From Candidatus Gottesmanbacteria bacterium UBA6580 (lineage in GTDB: Bacteria; Patescibacteriota; Microgenomatia; UBA10105; UBA927), in contig DJJA01000006.1 of the NCBI GenBank assembly GCA_002433895.1, positions 40,630 through 104,629 on the forward strand: a DNA stretch of 64,000 bases, written 5' to 3'. Positions 27,093 through 36,805 of this stretch are shown piece by piece. The notes below the pieces were generated by a model. It searched no databases. It worked only from the letters and a program-made list of their open reading frames with translations, and had not been told where the DNA came from. A program made the position numbers and the translations under genes. How positions within the stretch are numbered: the stretch's first letter is position 1; every line of letters begins with the position of its first letter.

Positions 27093-27929
27093 TTAGTGAC
27101 TAAGTGTTGACTGGCTGAACAACACCGAATCGAAAACCGAAAGGGGTGCGCGGTATTGCTGATATACGACCACTTTTCGGCTAACGCCGGTGCCTGTTGT
27201 TCCTACTGATTCAATCACATTCCCCTGTTGGGGAATTGGTGAAGTTGCGTTAAGAGCGATGGTTGCATCGGCATATATCGGGCGAATACGGAGGGCAAGC
27301 AGTGTGTCCGTTCCAGCAGGACTTATGCCCAATGCCGTAAAGTCTAACTGCTTCTCATAAAACCCAAGACCGCAACCATTAAGCGTAATGCCTGACGAAT
27401 CAAAATTGTTGTTCCGTGTTACCCCGTCAGGATCGACGGCCATTCGGGCAGCGTGATACGCATTAAGATTGTCCTTGTATAGGACGGTCACCTCAAGCGC
27501 CGCGGCTGCCTCGGGGGCAACTTCCTGGCTCCAGCAGAGCGAAAGTGAGGAGTCGCTAAAAAATCTGGTTTCATCGAGCGCTCCTGTGATTGCATCATGC
27601 TCTGCGAGCCAAATTGTTTCGGTTACATTCTGCGGTGTTTTATGCGCGAGCTGATATACACCTGCCTGTCCACCGATAGAATTTACCGAGACCTCATAAG
27701 ACACGCCAGAAGTGAGGGTAGTCGGCCCTGCGGTACCAAAACCCGACTGTAATGCTTGTTCGATACCCGCTTCAGCGGCGTTAAACGCCCGAGTGGATTC
27801 CTCAAGCTGATTGCTCATCGATAAATCAATCGTTGCCCGGCCGATGAGGGAGAGGGCAATGGTGGTCGCAACCGTCAATACGAGAAGAGTGATGAGCAAT
27901 ATTTGACCCTGCTCAAATGAATTCTTCAT
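27093..27929 (-). CDS. PilX-like minor pilin
   Basis: GQILLITLLV..RAFNAAEAGIE. Start could be 27947. Confidence 0.8.
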   Translation of the reverse strand: MKNSFEQGQILLITLLVLTVATTIALSLIGRATIDLSMSNQLEESTRAFNAAEAGIEQALQSGFGTAGPTTLTSGVSYEVSVNSIGGQAGVYQLAHKTPQNVTETIWLAEHDAITGALDETRFFSDSSLSLCWSQEVAPEAAAALEVTVLYKDNLNAYHAARMAVDPDGVTRNNNFDSSGITLNGCGLGFYEKQLDFTALGISPAGTDTLLALRIRPIYADATIALNATSPIPQQGNVIESVGTTGTGVSRKVVVYQQYRAPLSVFDSVLFSQSTLSH

Positions 27930-27988
27930 AGCATAATTTCTCCTCATACAACTATTGTTATACATTTCTAACTACTTCGCAAGAAGAT

Positions 27989-28555
27989 TTATTCTTTGAA
28001 AATATTTCTCATGTTTGCGCTCGTCTGAAACGATTCGCTGGACTGCTCAAATACACCGACTGCGGTGCCTGATTGCGCCAACTGAAACGATATTGTTACG
28101 CTCGACGCAACCCCCGCACCTCCTTTACACAAAAACTCTATCGAACTACCCGCACACGTCGTGCCTCCGGCAGTGACATTGCTGGATGTGAGGTACTCAG
28201 TACCTTCAGCGCTTGTCGATGCCAGACGTGTTATGGATCCATCTACGATGCATCCTAACGTCGTTTCCTTACCATCCGGGTTAAGGAGGGTAATAGACTG
28301 GCTGCTCGTGCCCACGCTATCACAGGTGCTGGTGATGTCCTGCGCGTTCTGGATCATACGCACCATATTTTCTAGCGCCAGCTCACCGTTTTGCTTCATG
28401 TCCTTAAGAATTTCTGTTTTAGTATTCGTACGCAGTGTTGAAATAAATACCTGGCTCAACACCGTTGCCATGAGGGCGACAATCGCGATGGAAACGACCA
28501 TCTCGAGTAGCGTAAAACCGGCTTGCTGACCTATTATTTTATCGGTTTGTTTCAT
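27989..28555 (-). CDS. Minor pilin (PilW-like)
   Basis: Class III signal GFTLLEMVV. ATGA overlap with the upstream gene. Confidence 0.85.
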   Translation of the reverse strand: MKQTDKIIGQQAGFTLLEMVVSIAIVALMATVLSQVFISTLRTNTKTEILKDMKQNGELALENMVRMIQNAQDITSTCDSVGTSSQSITLLNPDGKETTLGCIVDGSITRLASTSAEGTEYLTSSNVTAGGTTCAGSSIEFLCKGGAGVASSVTISFQLAQSGTAVGVFEQSSESFQTSANMRNIFKE

Positions 28556-29001
28556 TTCCATTGGGTAAAATAAGTAGTGAGTTCTATGGTCGACGGAACC
28601 CCACGGTCACCCCACGAAACGCGCACCGTTACTATCATAGTCTCGTCGGTGCCGTCCCAAGAAAAATGCACACTCCGCCAAAATTCATCACCACTTGCTA
28701 TCGGGCATGTCCCGTTACCATCATCATCCGTCCATACTCCGTTTGCGTCCAGGCACCACCTGCCATCGCCTCCAGTGTACGCAAAAAATGTGCTCCAGGA
28801 CTGCTCGTCACGGATTTTACGGGTAAGCTCCACCCCTTCCTGGGCGAATTTAACCGCCCTACTTCGGTAGCGGGTTACCTGACTATACCGAAGTGACGCA
28901 GTTACCGCCGACACAAGGGCAGTGATCACTACCGCTACCACGCCCAACGCAATCACCAGCTCTAATAATGTTTGACCTGACGCAAAATTCTGCCGTTTCA
29001 T
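28552..29001 (-). CDS. Minor pilin (PilV-like)
   Basis: GQTLLELVIAL..AQEGVE..R.IRD, V.VRVSW. Confidence 0.82.
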   Translation of the reverse strand: MKRQNFASGQTLLELVIALGVVAVVITALVSAVTASLRYSQVTRYRSRAVKFAQEGVELTRKIRDEQSWSTFFAYTGGDGRWCLDANGVWTDDDGNGTCPIASGDEFWRSVHFSWDGTDETMIVTVRVSWGDRGVPSTIELTTYFTQWK

Positions 29002-29006
29002 ATAGC

Positions 29007-29579
29007 TTATTGAAACCCAACATCACGGATATTCCCGCTGGGCGAAATAGTTAGTGCGTAATTCTGATCCTGATTTGTGAGCGTAATCGTCACATCCGTG
29101 GCAATACTCGCGGTGTTTGTGCGGGTAAGAAAGGTGAAATCAGCAGGCACGGACAAAAAAGTAATACCGGAAGGAAGAGTGGTACTTTCCGCATTCCCCA
29201 CAAGACCCTCAGGATCACATTCGTGCTGCGCGCTGTACGAAGTTTGAGTAAAACTTATCCGCATGCCCACATAGGTCGTGCAACCGGATGCCGGCTTCTG
29301 TGCTGATATCGCTTTTGTTTGGCTAAAGCGCAAATTTGACCGGAGAGTAAGACCCGATTGCTTCAGGCGCTCCCTCCGGTTAAAGGAATTAAAGCTCGCC
29401 ATACCCAACCCCATGATGGTGACCAATATGAGGATGACGATGAGGAGTTCTATGAGGGTAAACCCTGTACCAACGGGATAACAACTGGGACAATGAAAAA
29501 TATCGCTCTTGCCTATAAGAGTTGTCCGCGATCTATTGATCGGAGTATTGCGGTGCGGGGTAAATCCTTTCTTCATCAT
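29007..29579 (-). CDS. Minor pilin (FimT/GspH-like) with an insertion in its leader
   Basis: Second GFTLIELLIV motif and LRFSQTKA. ATG 29579 overlaps the upstream TGA. Confidence 0.82.
   Translation of the reverse strand: MMKKGFTPHRNTPINRSRTTLIGKSDIFHCPSCYPVGTGFTLIELLIVILILVTIMGLGMASFNSFNRRERLKQSGLTLRSNLRFSQTKAISAQKPASGCTTYVGMRISFTQTSYSAQHECDPEGLVGNAESTTLPSGITFLSVPADFTFLTRTNTASIATDVTITLTNQDQNYALTISPSGNIRDVGFQ
29456..29567 (-). mobile_element. 102-bp in-frame palindromic (MITE/RPE-like) insertion with flanking duplication
   Basis: Direct repeats GGGTAAACCC (29456-65) / GGGTAAATCC (29558-67). Terminal IRs ACCCTGTACC / GGTGCGGGGT. Internal GGACAA/TTGTCC and CTCTT/AAGAG stems. Confidence 0.65.
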
Positions 29580-30037
29580 GGATTTTTCAGTCCGTATGTA
29601 TGGGTTGGTGCGGGAGTACAGGTGTCGGTCGGATCTTCGCCTTCCAACCCGCCACTGAGACAATAGCCGTAATACACTCCGCCCGACACATTTGTTGCCT
29701 GATACATATAGTTTTGACCGGGTGCAGTGGGGTCTGTGGGGATAATCGGCAAGTAGGTGGGGACAAGTGCCGTGGTCAAACCGAGGGTTGGATCCGATGC
29801 GATGACCCATGTCGCTCCGCTTGCCGTGGGATAATATCCATTATCAGCACGGTACATTTCGAGTGCCGAACGGATCTGTTCAAGATCACTTTTTCTTCTG
29901 GTATCGCGCGACTGCCGGTTGATAGTCGCATAGGAAGCAATGCCAATCGCCACGAGAATGGCAATAATCGATACGGTAATCAATAGTTCAACGAGTGAAA
30001 ACCCCCGTGTGTTCCGTGATGATAAAAACCGTTTCAT
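29576..30037 (-). CDS. Pilin / GspG-like pseudopilin
   Basis: GFSLVELL, RDTRRKSDL.QI..ALEMY..DNG.YP, PTDP. Confidence 0.88.
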   Translation of the reverse strand: MKRFLSSRNTRGFSLVELLITVSIIAILVAIGIASYATINRQSRDTRRKSDLEQIRSALEMYRADNGYYPTASGATWVIASDPTLGLTTALVPTYLPIIPTDPTAPGQNYMYQATNVSGGVYYGYCLSGGLEGEDPTDTCTPAPTHTYGLKNP

Positions 30038-30786
30038 ACAAACAACCCCAGCCACCACTGCCATAACTTGTCACCCCACACATACGCACTCAATGTCCCC
30101 AAAATAAGGAACGGTCCGAAGGCGATGCGCGATTTCATCTTGGCATGCTTGGTTATCATCAGTATGACACCCGCAATTGCGCCGGTCAAGAAAGCGATAT
30201 AGAGGGCAAATACCGTTTCAGGATATCCTAAAAACAATCCGATAAGCACAACCAGCTTCACATCTCCAAAGCCCAGACCCCGGCCACGGGTGACAAGCCA
30301 TAACAGAAAAAAAAACGCGCCTGCTCCCAGACCCGAAATAATATGCGGAATACGTTCAGCGGCAGAAAGGGGAACTCCGACAAGCAGAAGCACGGATAGC
30401 AGAAGCAAAAGCGTGCTATCCGGGATAATCTGATGTTTCAGATCAATAACAAAAATAACAAGAAACAGTGAATAAATAGCGATAGCAGCCAAAAACATCG
30501 GGCTCAGAACGTCAACATGAAGGCTCAACAATACAAATCCAACTCCTGTTACTATCTCCATAACCGGATATTGCCACGATAACCGCGCGCTGCACCTGCG
30601 GCAAACGCCTCCTTGAAAGAGAAATGACAATACCGGAACAAGTTCAAACCACCGTAAATGTTTTTTACAAAAATCGCAATGCGACGGTTTCCAAATAATA
30701 TTATCCCCGTGGGGCAAACGGTCAATCACGACATTGAGAAACGAACCTATCACTAATCCGAACAAAAAAATTAATCCGGCTATCAT
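30034..30786 (-). CDS. pilD: Prepilin peptidase
   Basis: GSFLNVVI.R, SHCDFC, CRRC, IDLKH.IIPD, GFGDVKL, AFGPFL. Confidence 0.93.
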   Translation of the reverse strand: MIAGLIFLFGLVIGSFLNVVIDRLPHGDNIIWKPSHCDFCKKHLRWFELVPVLSFLFQGGVCRRCSARLSWQYPVMEIVTGVGFVLLSLHVDVLSPMFLAAIAIYSLFLVIFVIDLKHQIIPDSTLLLLLSVLLLVGVPLSAAERIPHIISGLGAGAFFFLLWLVTRGRGLGFGDVKLVVLIGLFLGYPETVFALYIAFLTGAIAGVILMITKHAKMKSRIAFGPFLILGTLSAYVWGDKLWQWWLGLFV

Positions 30787-30871
30787 ATACTTTAGTATCG
30801 GTTACGCGCGCGAAACTTTCAATATGGCGTTGCGGGAACGAAGGAAAACCCGTAGACTACAGTATTAACAT

Positions 30872-33124
30872 ATGCGCAGTGTTTGGGCTGATCGTATAGG
30901 CATACTATCGCTTTTTCTTCTTGTTGGCGTTTTTTTTGCGCGCTTATTTTACCCCTCACCGCAGCTTATCGTTACCCCTGATTACGGCAGGAGCGACGCA
31001 TGGCATTTCAGTTTTGTCACCAAATACACACTTTCCCAAGCGCTTCAATCCCGCTCATTACCACTGTGGAGAAATGACATTGGCCAGGGGTTTCCGCTGC
31101 TGGCCGAAGGACAAACCGGGACGTTTTTTCTCCCGAACCTCGTGCTCTTTGGATTACTTCCTCCGGTCACTGCATACAACCTGGCGCTCGCGGTTGCAGT
31201 CCTCACGCTCGGACTCGGTCTCTATTGGTGGTGCCGAGTAGTACGGCTTTCTCCGCTTGCCGGATGGCTTACTGCCGTAACCGTGATGTTTTCTGGTCTT
31301 ACCATAACACAGCTGCCACACATCACCTTACTTCAGGCAATGAGCATGCTCCCGATTACCGCTGCGCTCAGCGCATTGGTCGTCACCCGCAAACCGTTTC
31401 CGTGGGTGGGACTTCTCGCGGTATCGTTGGCGCAGCAAATATATGCAGGATTTCCCCAGGCAGTATTTTTGACACTCGTTATTTCAGGAGTAAGTGTTTT
31501 GTGGCACACACTACCCAAAAAAGACTGGCGCGCGCTGAGTTATTGGTTTGTTGCCATTATGTTGGGTATTGGTGGGGGAGCAATGCAACTATTACCCTCG
31601 TGGGAATTTCTTAAAGAAAGTCCGAACCCTTCAGGGTTCAGTCCAGAAGCGGCAACAATGTATTCTATGCCGCTCAAGCATATTGTTTCATTTATTTCAC
31701 CATTTTTCTTTGGGAACCCGGCAGTCGGATCATATCCGCCTTTTTACGCTTTTGACGGAAGCATATTTTGGGAAAACACCGCATACATCGGTCTTATCCC
31801 ATTATTCCTCCTTGGATTAAGTCTTTTCCGTGTCCGCGCTAGCACATCTATTGTGTTCTGGTGGCTCATTATTATCGTGTCACTTATGCTGGCAGGCGGC
31901 AAATACGCGCCGACCTATATCGTTTTTAGCATCTGGCCGCTCAATCTATTCCGTGTACCATCGCGGTTTCTCTGGCTCGTCATCATCGGCGTATCATTTA
32001 TCGCCGCGCATACGCTTGATCATTTCCGTCGCCATACCCGTACACCGCTTTCTCATATATTTATCTATATGCTTATGGCACTTCATAGCGGCCAACTCAT
32101 GTATACATGGTGGTCATACCATCTCATAGAACCTGCGGCCACTTGGATGACTGCGCCCGATATTACAAACCATGTAGGATCCGGCAGAGTACTAACGATA
32201 GGCGAAGGAAGCATATACAATGATGTCGTCACGACCACAGGATGGAGCAAGCCCGAAGCTTTCTCGTTATTAAAAAGCGGATTATCCCCCAACAGCAATA
32301 TGCTCTGGGGAGTAAACCAATATCACGTATATGCCGGCCGCTACCTCCATAGGCCGGCAATCGGCAGCGGCCTCCTTGATGAAACGCTCACGACAGATGA
32401 AAAACACGCCACATTGTCAGCACTCCGCCTGGCCAATATGTACGGGATCGGCAATATTATTTCGTTTCTTCCGCTCACCGCGCCTTCAACACTGCGCGAG
32501 GTGTATCACCGGCAATCTCCAGAGCTCGCGATCACGCTTTACGCAAACGAAGAAGCCCATCCGCGGGCATATACGGTGCACAGCGCAACCGCCGCCGCAA
32601 CACTTACGGAAGCCATTACGATACTCCGTGATCCGGAATTTGTGGCAGGCAAATCAGTTATGCTTGAACGGCATGAAGTGCAAGCAGACAATACATTACT
32701 GCCCTTTATTGGAAAAAGCCCAGACGTCTTATCTGGTACACAAGCTGATCATATAGCCTGGCAGAAAGATACGCATCAGCGCATAGACCTTTCTGTTACC
32801 ATGGCTACTCCCGGACTTCTGGTACTTGCCGATACACATTATCCTGGATGGATTGCGACAGTCGATGGTAAAGAAACGCCCATATTTGCCGCAAACCTGT
32901 CACAACGGGCGATCACCGTGCCGCAAGGCACCCATGACGTTTCATTTATCTATCAGCCGACAACCCTCCGGTGGGGAAGTGTCATAAGTGTTGTGAGTGC
33001 AATCATCACAGTGCTTCTAATGATTGTTCTGAAGCGGAGCGGAGCCGTTCGTACTCCGAAAAAAGCTCGGCAGCGCGCGCCTCGTCTCCCACGCACTCAC
33101 CGTACGTCACCGACTCGAGCATGA
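30872..33124 (+). CDS. YfhO-family GT-C membrane glycosyltransferase
   Basis: LPLW...GQGFPLLAE.Q, FRVPSRF, and C-terminal YPGWIATVDG...VPQGTH.V.F.Y.P. Confidence 0.85.
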   Translation: MRSVWADRIGILSLFLLVGVFFARLFYPSPQLIVTPDYGRSDAWHFSFVTKYTLSQALQSRSLPLWRNDIGQGFPLLAEGQTGTFFLPNLVLFGLLPPVTAYNLALAVAVLTLGLGLYWWCRVVRLSPLAGWLTAVTVMFSGLTITQLPHITLLQAMSMLPITAALSALVVTRKPFPWVGLLAVSLAQQIYAGFPQAVFLTLVISGVSVLWHTLPKKDWRALSYWFVAIMLGIGGGAMQLLPSWEFLKESPNPSGFSPEAATMYSMPLKHIVSFISPFFFGNPAVGSYPPFYAFDGSIFWENTAYIGLIPLFLLGLSLFRVRASTSIVFWWLIIIVSLMLAGGKYAPTYIVFSIWPLNLFRVPSRFLWLVIIGVSFIAAHTLDHFRRHTRTPLSHIFIYMLMALHSGQLMYTWWSYHLIEPAATWMTAPDITNHVGSGRVLTIGEGSIYNDVVTTTGWSKPEAFSLLKSGLSPNSNMLWGVNQYHVYAGRYLHRPAIGSGLLDETLTTDEKHATLSALRLANMYGIGNIISFLPLTAPSTLREVYHRQSPELAITLYANEEAHPRAYTVHSATAAATLTEAITILRDPEFVAGKSVMLERHEVQADNTLLPFIGKSPDVLSGTQADHIAWQKDTHQRIDLSVTMATPGLLVLADTHYPGWIATVDGKETPIFAANLSQRAITVPQGTHDVSFIYQPTTLRWGSVISVVSAIITVLLMIVLKRSGAVRTPKKARQRAPRLPRTHRTSPTRA

Positions 33125-35015
33125 CATGGCGGGGAGATGCCACAATAGAGCGGGTTTTTGCTTCATCAAACGCACGAAGCGCCGCGTCACAATCCTTAAA
33201 GTATAAATAGGTAAGTCCTACTAATTCTAATGCCTCACCGATGCTGGTATCGCCCGCGTACGATACTGCGCGAAGAAATTCAGACTTCGCATCTTCCCAC
33301 CGCTCGGCCCGCACCAGTGTTTTGCCCAACGCTATTGCCGCATGCCCATACACGTCCGACACATCAGATAGCATAAGATGCTCATATCGTTTTAATATCC
33401 CCGAACGCGGATCGTGAAGTGAGGCAAGATGAGCTTTGGCCTCCTGATACATCACCTCATCATCTGGCAGCTCGGCAAATGGAATTGCCTCGTACAGCAT
33501 CCCACGGGGCACCCAATACCACCCCTCACCTGCCGGCAGTATCACGTTGCTATAAATCCGCTGCGATGGCGTCCTGTTTGCTTTGATAAACGCCTCAACA
33601 TAGGTTGCGGGTGTTGCGTCCGGAAATGTGAGACGCGGAAAATATTTGATGAGCGAGGCCTGGTATCCGGTAATTGGTAAACGTGCCGCATGAATGACCG
33701 CGGTATCAGGGCGCACCCCCAATACGTAGCGTACGTATTGTGTGGTAAAAAGTGCGGTATCCTGGCTCATCAGCAATATGGCACCCGGCGCCGTGTTTTC
33801 CAAAATATCCCTGCCTAAATTATCTGCCGTCCGATCTTGTGGTAATCCAACAAACCGCCACAGGGTAATACCGGATAGTGTGAGCGGATAAATAAAGAAT
33901 GTTAACACCGTTAATACAATCACTGCTTTGTGTTTTTCGCGCGTTATCCGTGGCGCAAGGACCATAGAAATCAACCGGAGTATCTCGGCAAGTCCTATAC
34001 CGGAAAGTACCCCCATAAGCACATAGCTCGGCAGCAAAAACCGTTCATACGTGCCTAACGTAAAACGGCTTGCGAGCGGAAAACTCGCATAAAAGAAAAA
34101 CAACGGACCCACCGACAACAGCGCGATCACCCACGACCAGAACCAAACGCGCTGTGTTTTATACAGCGCCCACAAGCCTGTTGTGACCAATACAACACCA
34201 ATCCAACTCCAATCGGTTAAAAGAAAATTACCATATGCAACCACCGCATACCACCGCTCCAAAAGAGATTCTCCATAGCCGCCACCGGACACAAACGTGC
34301 CATAATCCGCGCGGGTCACAAGACGCACAAAACCCGATAGATCAACTGCCCTGTCCCAGTTAATAATCGCGTCCCGTACGGCTGCCACCGGTACATACGC
34401 GTAGGGCAATAACCCTCCGATAAACGATAACAACGATAACGTAAATCTCTGCTTCGTCAGTTTCATTTTAAACGTGCGTCCGTTCTGCCAGATAAAATAA
34501 AAAAATGCAGGCACAAAGAAAATCATCACGTGATGGTGGGTGAGCGACAGGCCAAACACGAAACAGGCGTAATAAAAAAACCGCATATTCCTGGTTTCCT
34601 GCCATTGGTACAGTAAAAACCAGTTCGCCATAATAAACAGGTCAAACAACGCGAATACTTCTGGGGTCGTGCTATATAAAAAGAAAAGATAATTCGAAAC
34701 GAGGAGCAATGCACCAAATACTGCTGCCCATGTATTCTTCTTTGTCAGAAGATAAATCAAGGCAAACACGAGTCCCACCACGAGCGCATGGGGAATAGAA
34801 GACAGCAAGCCCAACCGCCATGAAACGGTAAAAAACGGCAACTGTGCACTTATAAATCCCAACAACGTATAAAGGGGATAACCCGGAGGATGCGGCACGC
34901 CGCCAACGTATGCTGCGGTAACGAGATCTCCGCTGTCGCCCGTATAAATACCTTGTGCCTGAAACGTAAGGAACAGAACAAGCGAAACTACGGACATCAC
35001 AAATGAACCGGTCAT
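33006..35015 (-). CDS. DUF2723 / TMEM260-like protein O-glycosyltransferase with C-terminal TPR-like region
   Basis: GDSGDLVTAA..GGVPHPPGYPLY, EVFAL, LTHH, YAYVP, INWD. Confidence 0.85.
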   Translation of the reverse strand: MTGSFVMSVVSLVLFLTFQAQGIYTGDSGDLVTAAYVGGVPHPPGYPLYTLLGFISAQLPFFTVSWRLGLLSSIPHALVVGLVFALIYLLTKKNTWAAVFGALLLVSNYLFFLYSTTPEVFALFDLFIMANWFLLYQWQETRNMRFFYYACFVFGLSLTHHHVMIFFVPAFFYFIWQNGRTFKMKLTKQRFTLSLLSFIGGLLPYAYVPVAAVRDAIINWDRAVDLSGFVRLVTRADYGTFVSGGGYGESLLERWYAVVAYGNFLLTDWSWIGVVLVTTGLWALYKTQRVWFWSWVIALLSVGPLFFFYASFPLASRFTLGTYERFLLPSYVLMGVLSGIGLAEILRLISMVLAPRITREKHKAVIVLTVLTFFIYPLTLSGITLWRFVGLPQDRTADNLGRDILENTAPGAILLMSQDTALFTTQYVRYVLGVRPDTAVIHAARLPITGYQASLIKYFPRLTFPDATPATYVEAFIKANRTPSQRIYSNVILPAGEGWYWVPRGMLYEAIPFAELPDDEVMYQEAKAHLASLHDPRSGILKRYEHLMLSDVSDVYGHAAIALGKTLVRAERWEDAKSEFLRAVSYAGDTSIGEALELVGLTYLYFKDCDAALRAFDEAKTRSIVASPRHVMLESVTYGECVGDEARAAELFSEYERLRSASEQSLEAL

Positions 35016-35045
35016 GTGGGCATTATAACAAACCTCGTCGGTTCA

Positions 35046-35576
35046 TTATTGTATACAGAAGGCGCAACTTGATCCTGCGGTGCCAGTTGTCTGTGACTTA
35101 CATGTATTAGTTGCTGGCTCACCGCTGGTTTCATAAATCGTGTTCAAGTCTTCCTGAAATGCCTTTGATTCAGGGATAAAGCAGGCAGAGAGATGCTCGC
35201 CACTCGTTGAGTTAATATAAATTTTCGCTAAGTTACCGCTTCCGGCAAGTTCCTGAAACCGTGCTTTCAACTCTCCCACTGTGACGAGCTCAGTGATGGT
35301 ACTGGTCAAGGTCGGGTATACATTCCCGGCAGTCCCGGAAGTACCCCAGTAAAATTGCCCTTTCGTTGCGTAGTAACGCAAATTTGCGTTATAGAATTCG
35401 GAAACGGTATTTCGCAGTGATGTGTCGCGGCCTTTTTTCAATTGTTCGAAAGGATCGATGGTGGCAAGTAATCCAACTGCGAGTGCTCCTAAAAGAGCGA
35501 TGACGATAAGAAGTTCGATTAAGGTAAAGCCTTTATTTTGGGCAAGATAATTTCTCATATAGTTTAGGTTTATCAT
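35046..35576 (-). CDS. Type IV pilin (likely major pilin)
   Basis: KGFTLIELLIVIALLG, IDPFEQLKKGRD, C-terminal Cys residues. Directly downstream of pilC. Confidence 0.88.
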   Translation of the reverse strand: MINLNYMRNYLAQNKGFTLIELLIVIALLGALAVGLLATIDPFEQLKKGRDTSLRNTVSEFYNANLRYYATKGQFYWGTSGTAGNVYPTLTSTITELVTVGELKARFQELAGSGNLAKIYINSTSGEHLSACFIPESKAFQEDLNTIYETSGEPATNTCKSQTTGTAGSSCAFCIQ

Positions 35577-36784
35577 TATTTAAACTGCGATGTCAAGTTG
35601 TAAATAGGGGTAATGACGGAGACAACGATAAACCCGACCCCGACGCCAAGAACGACCATGATAATAGGCTCAATTGCCGTCGTTAAGCCCTTCACCAAAT
35701 TTTCTGATTCAGACTGAAAATATTTCGACAATTTAAGGAGCGTGTCATCAAGCTTACCGGTTTCTTCACCAACTTTCATCATCTGGGAAACGATGGGAGG
35801 GAATACGGAATACTGAGCGAATGTTTCTCCCAGCGGGAACCCCCGCTCGACTTTTTTTGAAATATCCACAATCGCGTTACGGAACAATACATTCCCCAAT
35901 GCGTCTTTGAGTATCCTTAAGGCATCCAACAGCCGTATACCGGATGAAATAAGCATGGACAGCGTTCGGGTAAACTCGACCAATATTATTTTTTTCTGCA
36001 ACTCTCCGAATAGGGGAATATGTAATGCAATAGAATCGATGATAAATTCGCCCACCGGCGTTTTTCGCCACCGTAAAAAACCATACCCTCCGCCAACAGT
36101 AATCGCGATCATGAGCCACCACCATCCCACAAAAAAATGAGAAATACTGATAAGTAATTGTGTGGCAAACGGCAAATCTACTCCAAAATCCGCGTACAGT
36201 TCGGTAAGCTTCGGGATAACGACGGTCATCATGATCATCACGACAATGGCCATACCGACCATAATGATCGCCGGGTAAATCATGGCTCCGCTCACTTTGC
36301 TTCTGAATTCACGCTGTGACTCCAAGCTATCCGCTAACCGGGAAAGCACTTGATCCAATTGCCCGGAAGATTCTCCTGCACGGATAAGGGCGATATAGAT
36401 CGCAGAAAAATGCTGCGGGTATTTGGCAAGCGCGTCACCTAAGTTGCCGCCGCCGACAATCTGATGCTCAACTTCCATAAGCACACTTCCCATAGCAGGG
36501 TTTGTCGTCTGGATTCGGAGAATAGAAAGCGCCTCCGGGAGAGATAATCCCGCGACCACCATGGTGGAGAGCTGCCGGGTAAAATTCACGATCTCACCAA
36601 AACCTACCCGCTGAAACTGTGTTTGTACTGAACCTTTCGAGCGTCCCCGGGTCTCAGTAAGCCCGATAATAAACAGCTGCTTTTCATGAAGTAATCTGGT
36701 TGCAGCCTCTTTATTGGTGGCTTCCACAAGGCCTGTAGCCACTTTACCCGCGCTATCCCGCGCTTTATACGAAAAAAATGCCAT
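35576..36784 (-). CDS. pilC: Type IV pilus platform protein PilC (T2SSF)
   Basis: FTRQLSTM..AG, GESSGQL, AMIYP, GEETGKL, IEP. Confidence 0.94.
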   Translation of the reverse strand: MAFFSYKARDSAGKVATGLVEATNKEAATRLLHEKQLFIIGLTETRGRSKGSVQTQFQRVGFGEIVNFTRQLSTMVVAGLSLPEALSILRIQTTNPAMGSVLMEVEHQIVGGGNLGDALAKYPQHFSAIYIALIRAGESSGQLDQVLSRLADSLESQREFRSKVSGAMIYPAIIMVGMAIVVMIMMTVVIPKLTELYADFGVDLPFATQLLISISHFFVGWWWLMIAITVGGGYGFLRWRKTPVGEFIIDSIALHIPLFGELQKKIILVEFTRTLSMLISSGIRLLDALRILKDALGNVLFRNAIVDISKKVERGFPLGETFAQYSVFPPIVSQMMKVGEETGKLDDTLLKLSKYFQSESENLVKGLTTAIEPIIMVVLGVGVGFIVVSVITPIYNLTSQFK

Positions 36785-36805
36785 ACGTGTTATTCCTTTA
36801 TGCTA

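Noticed and set aside
29580-29810. Upstream part of the 267-aa ORF
   Set aside because: It overlaps the neighbouring pilin in another frame. The real start is the ATGA-coupled ATG at 29579.
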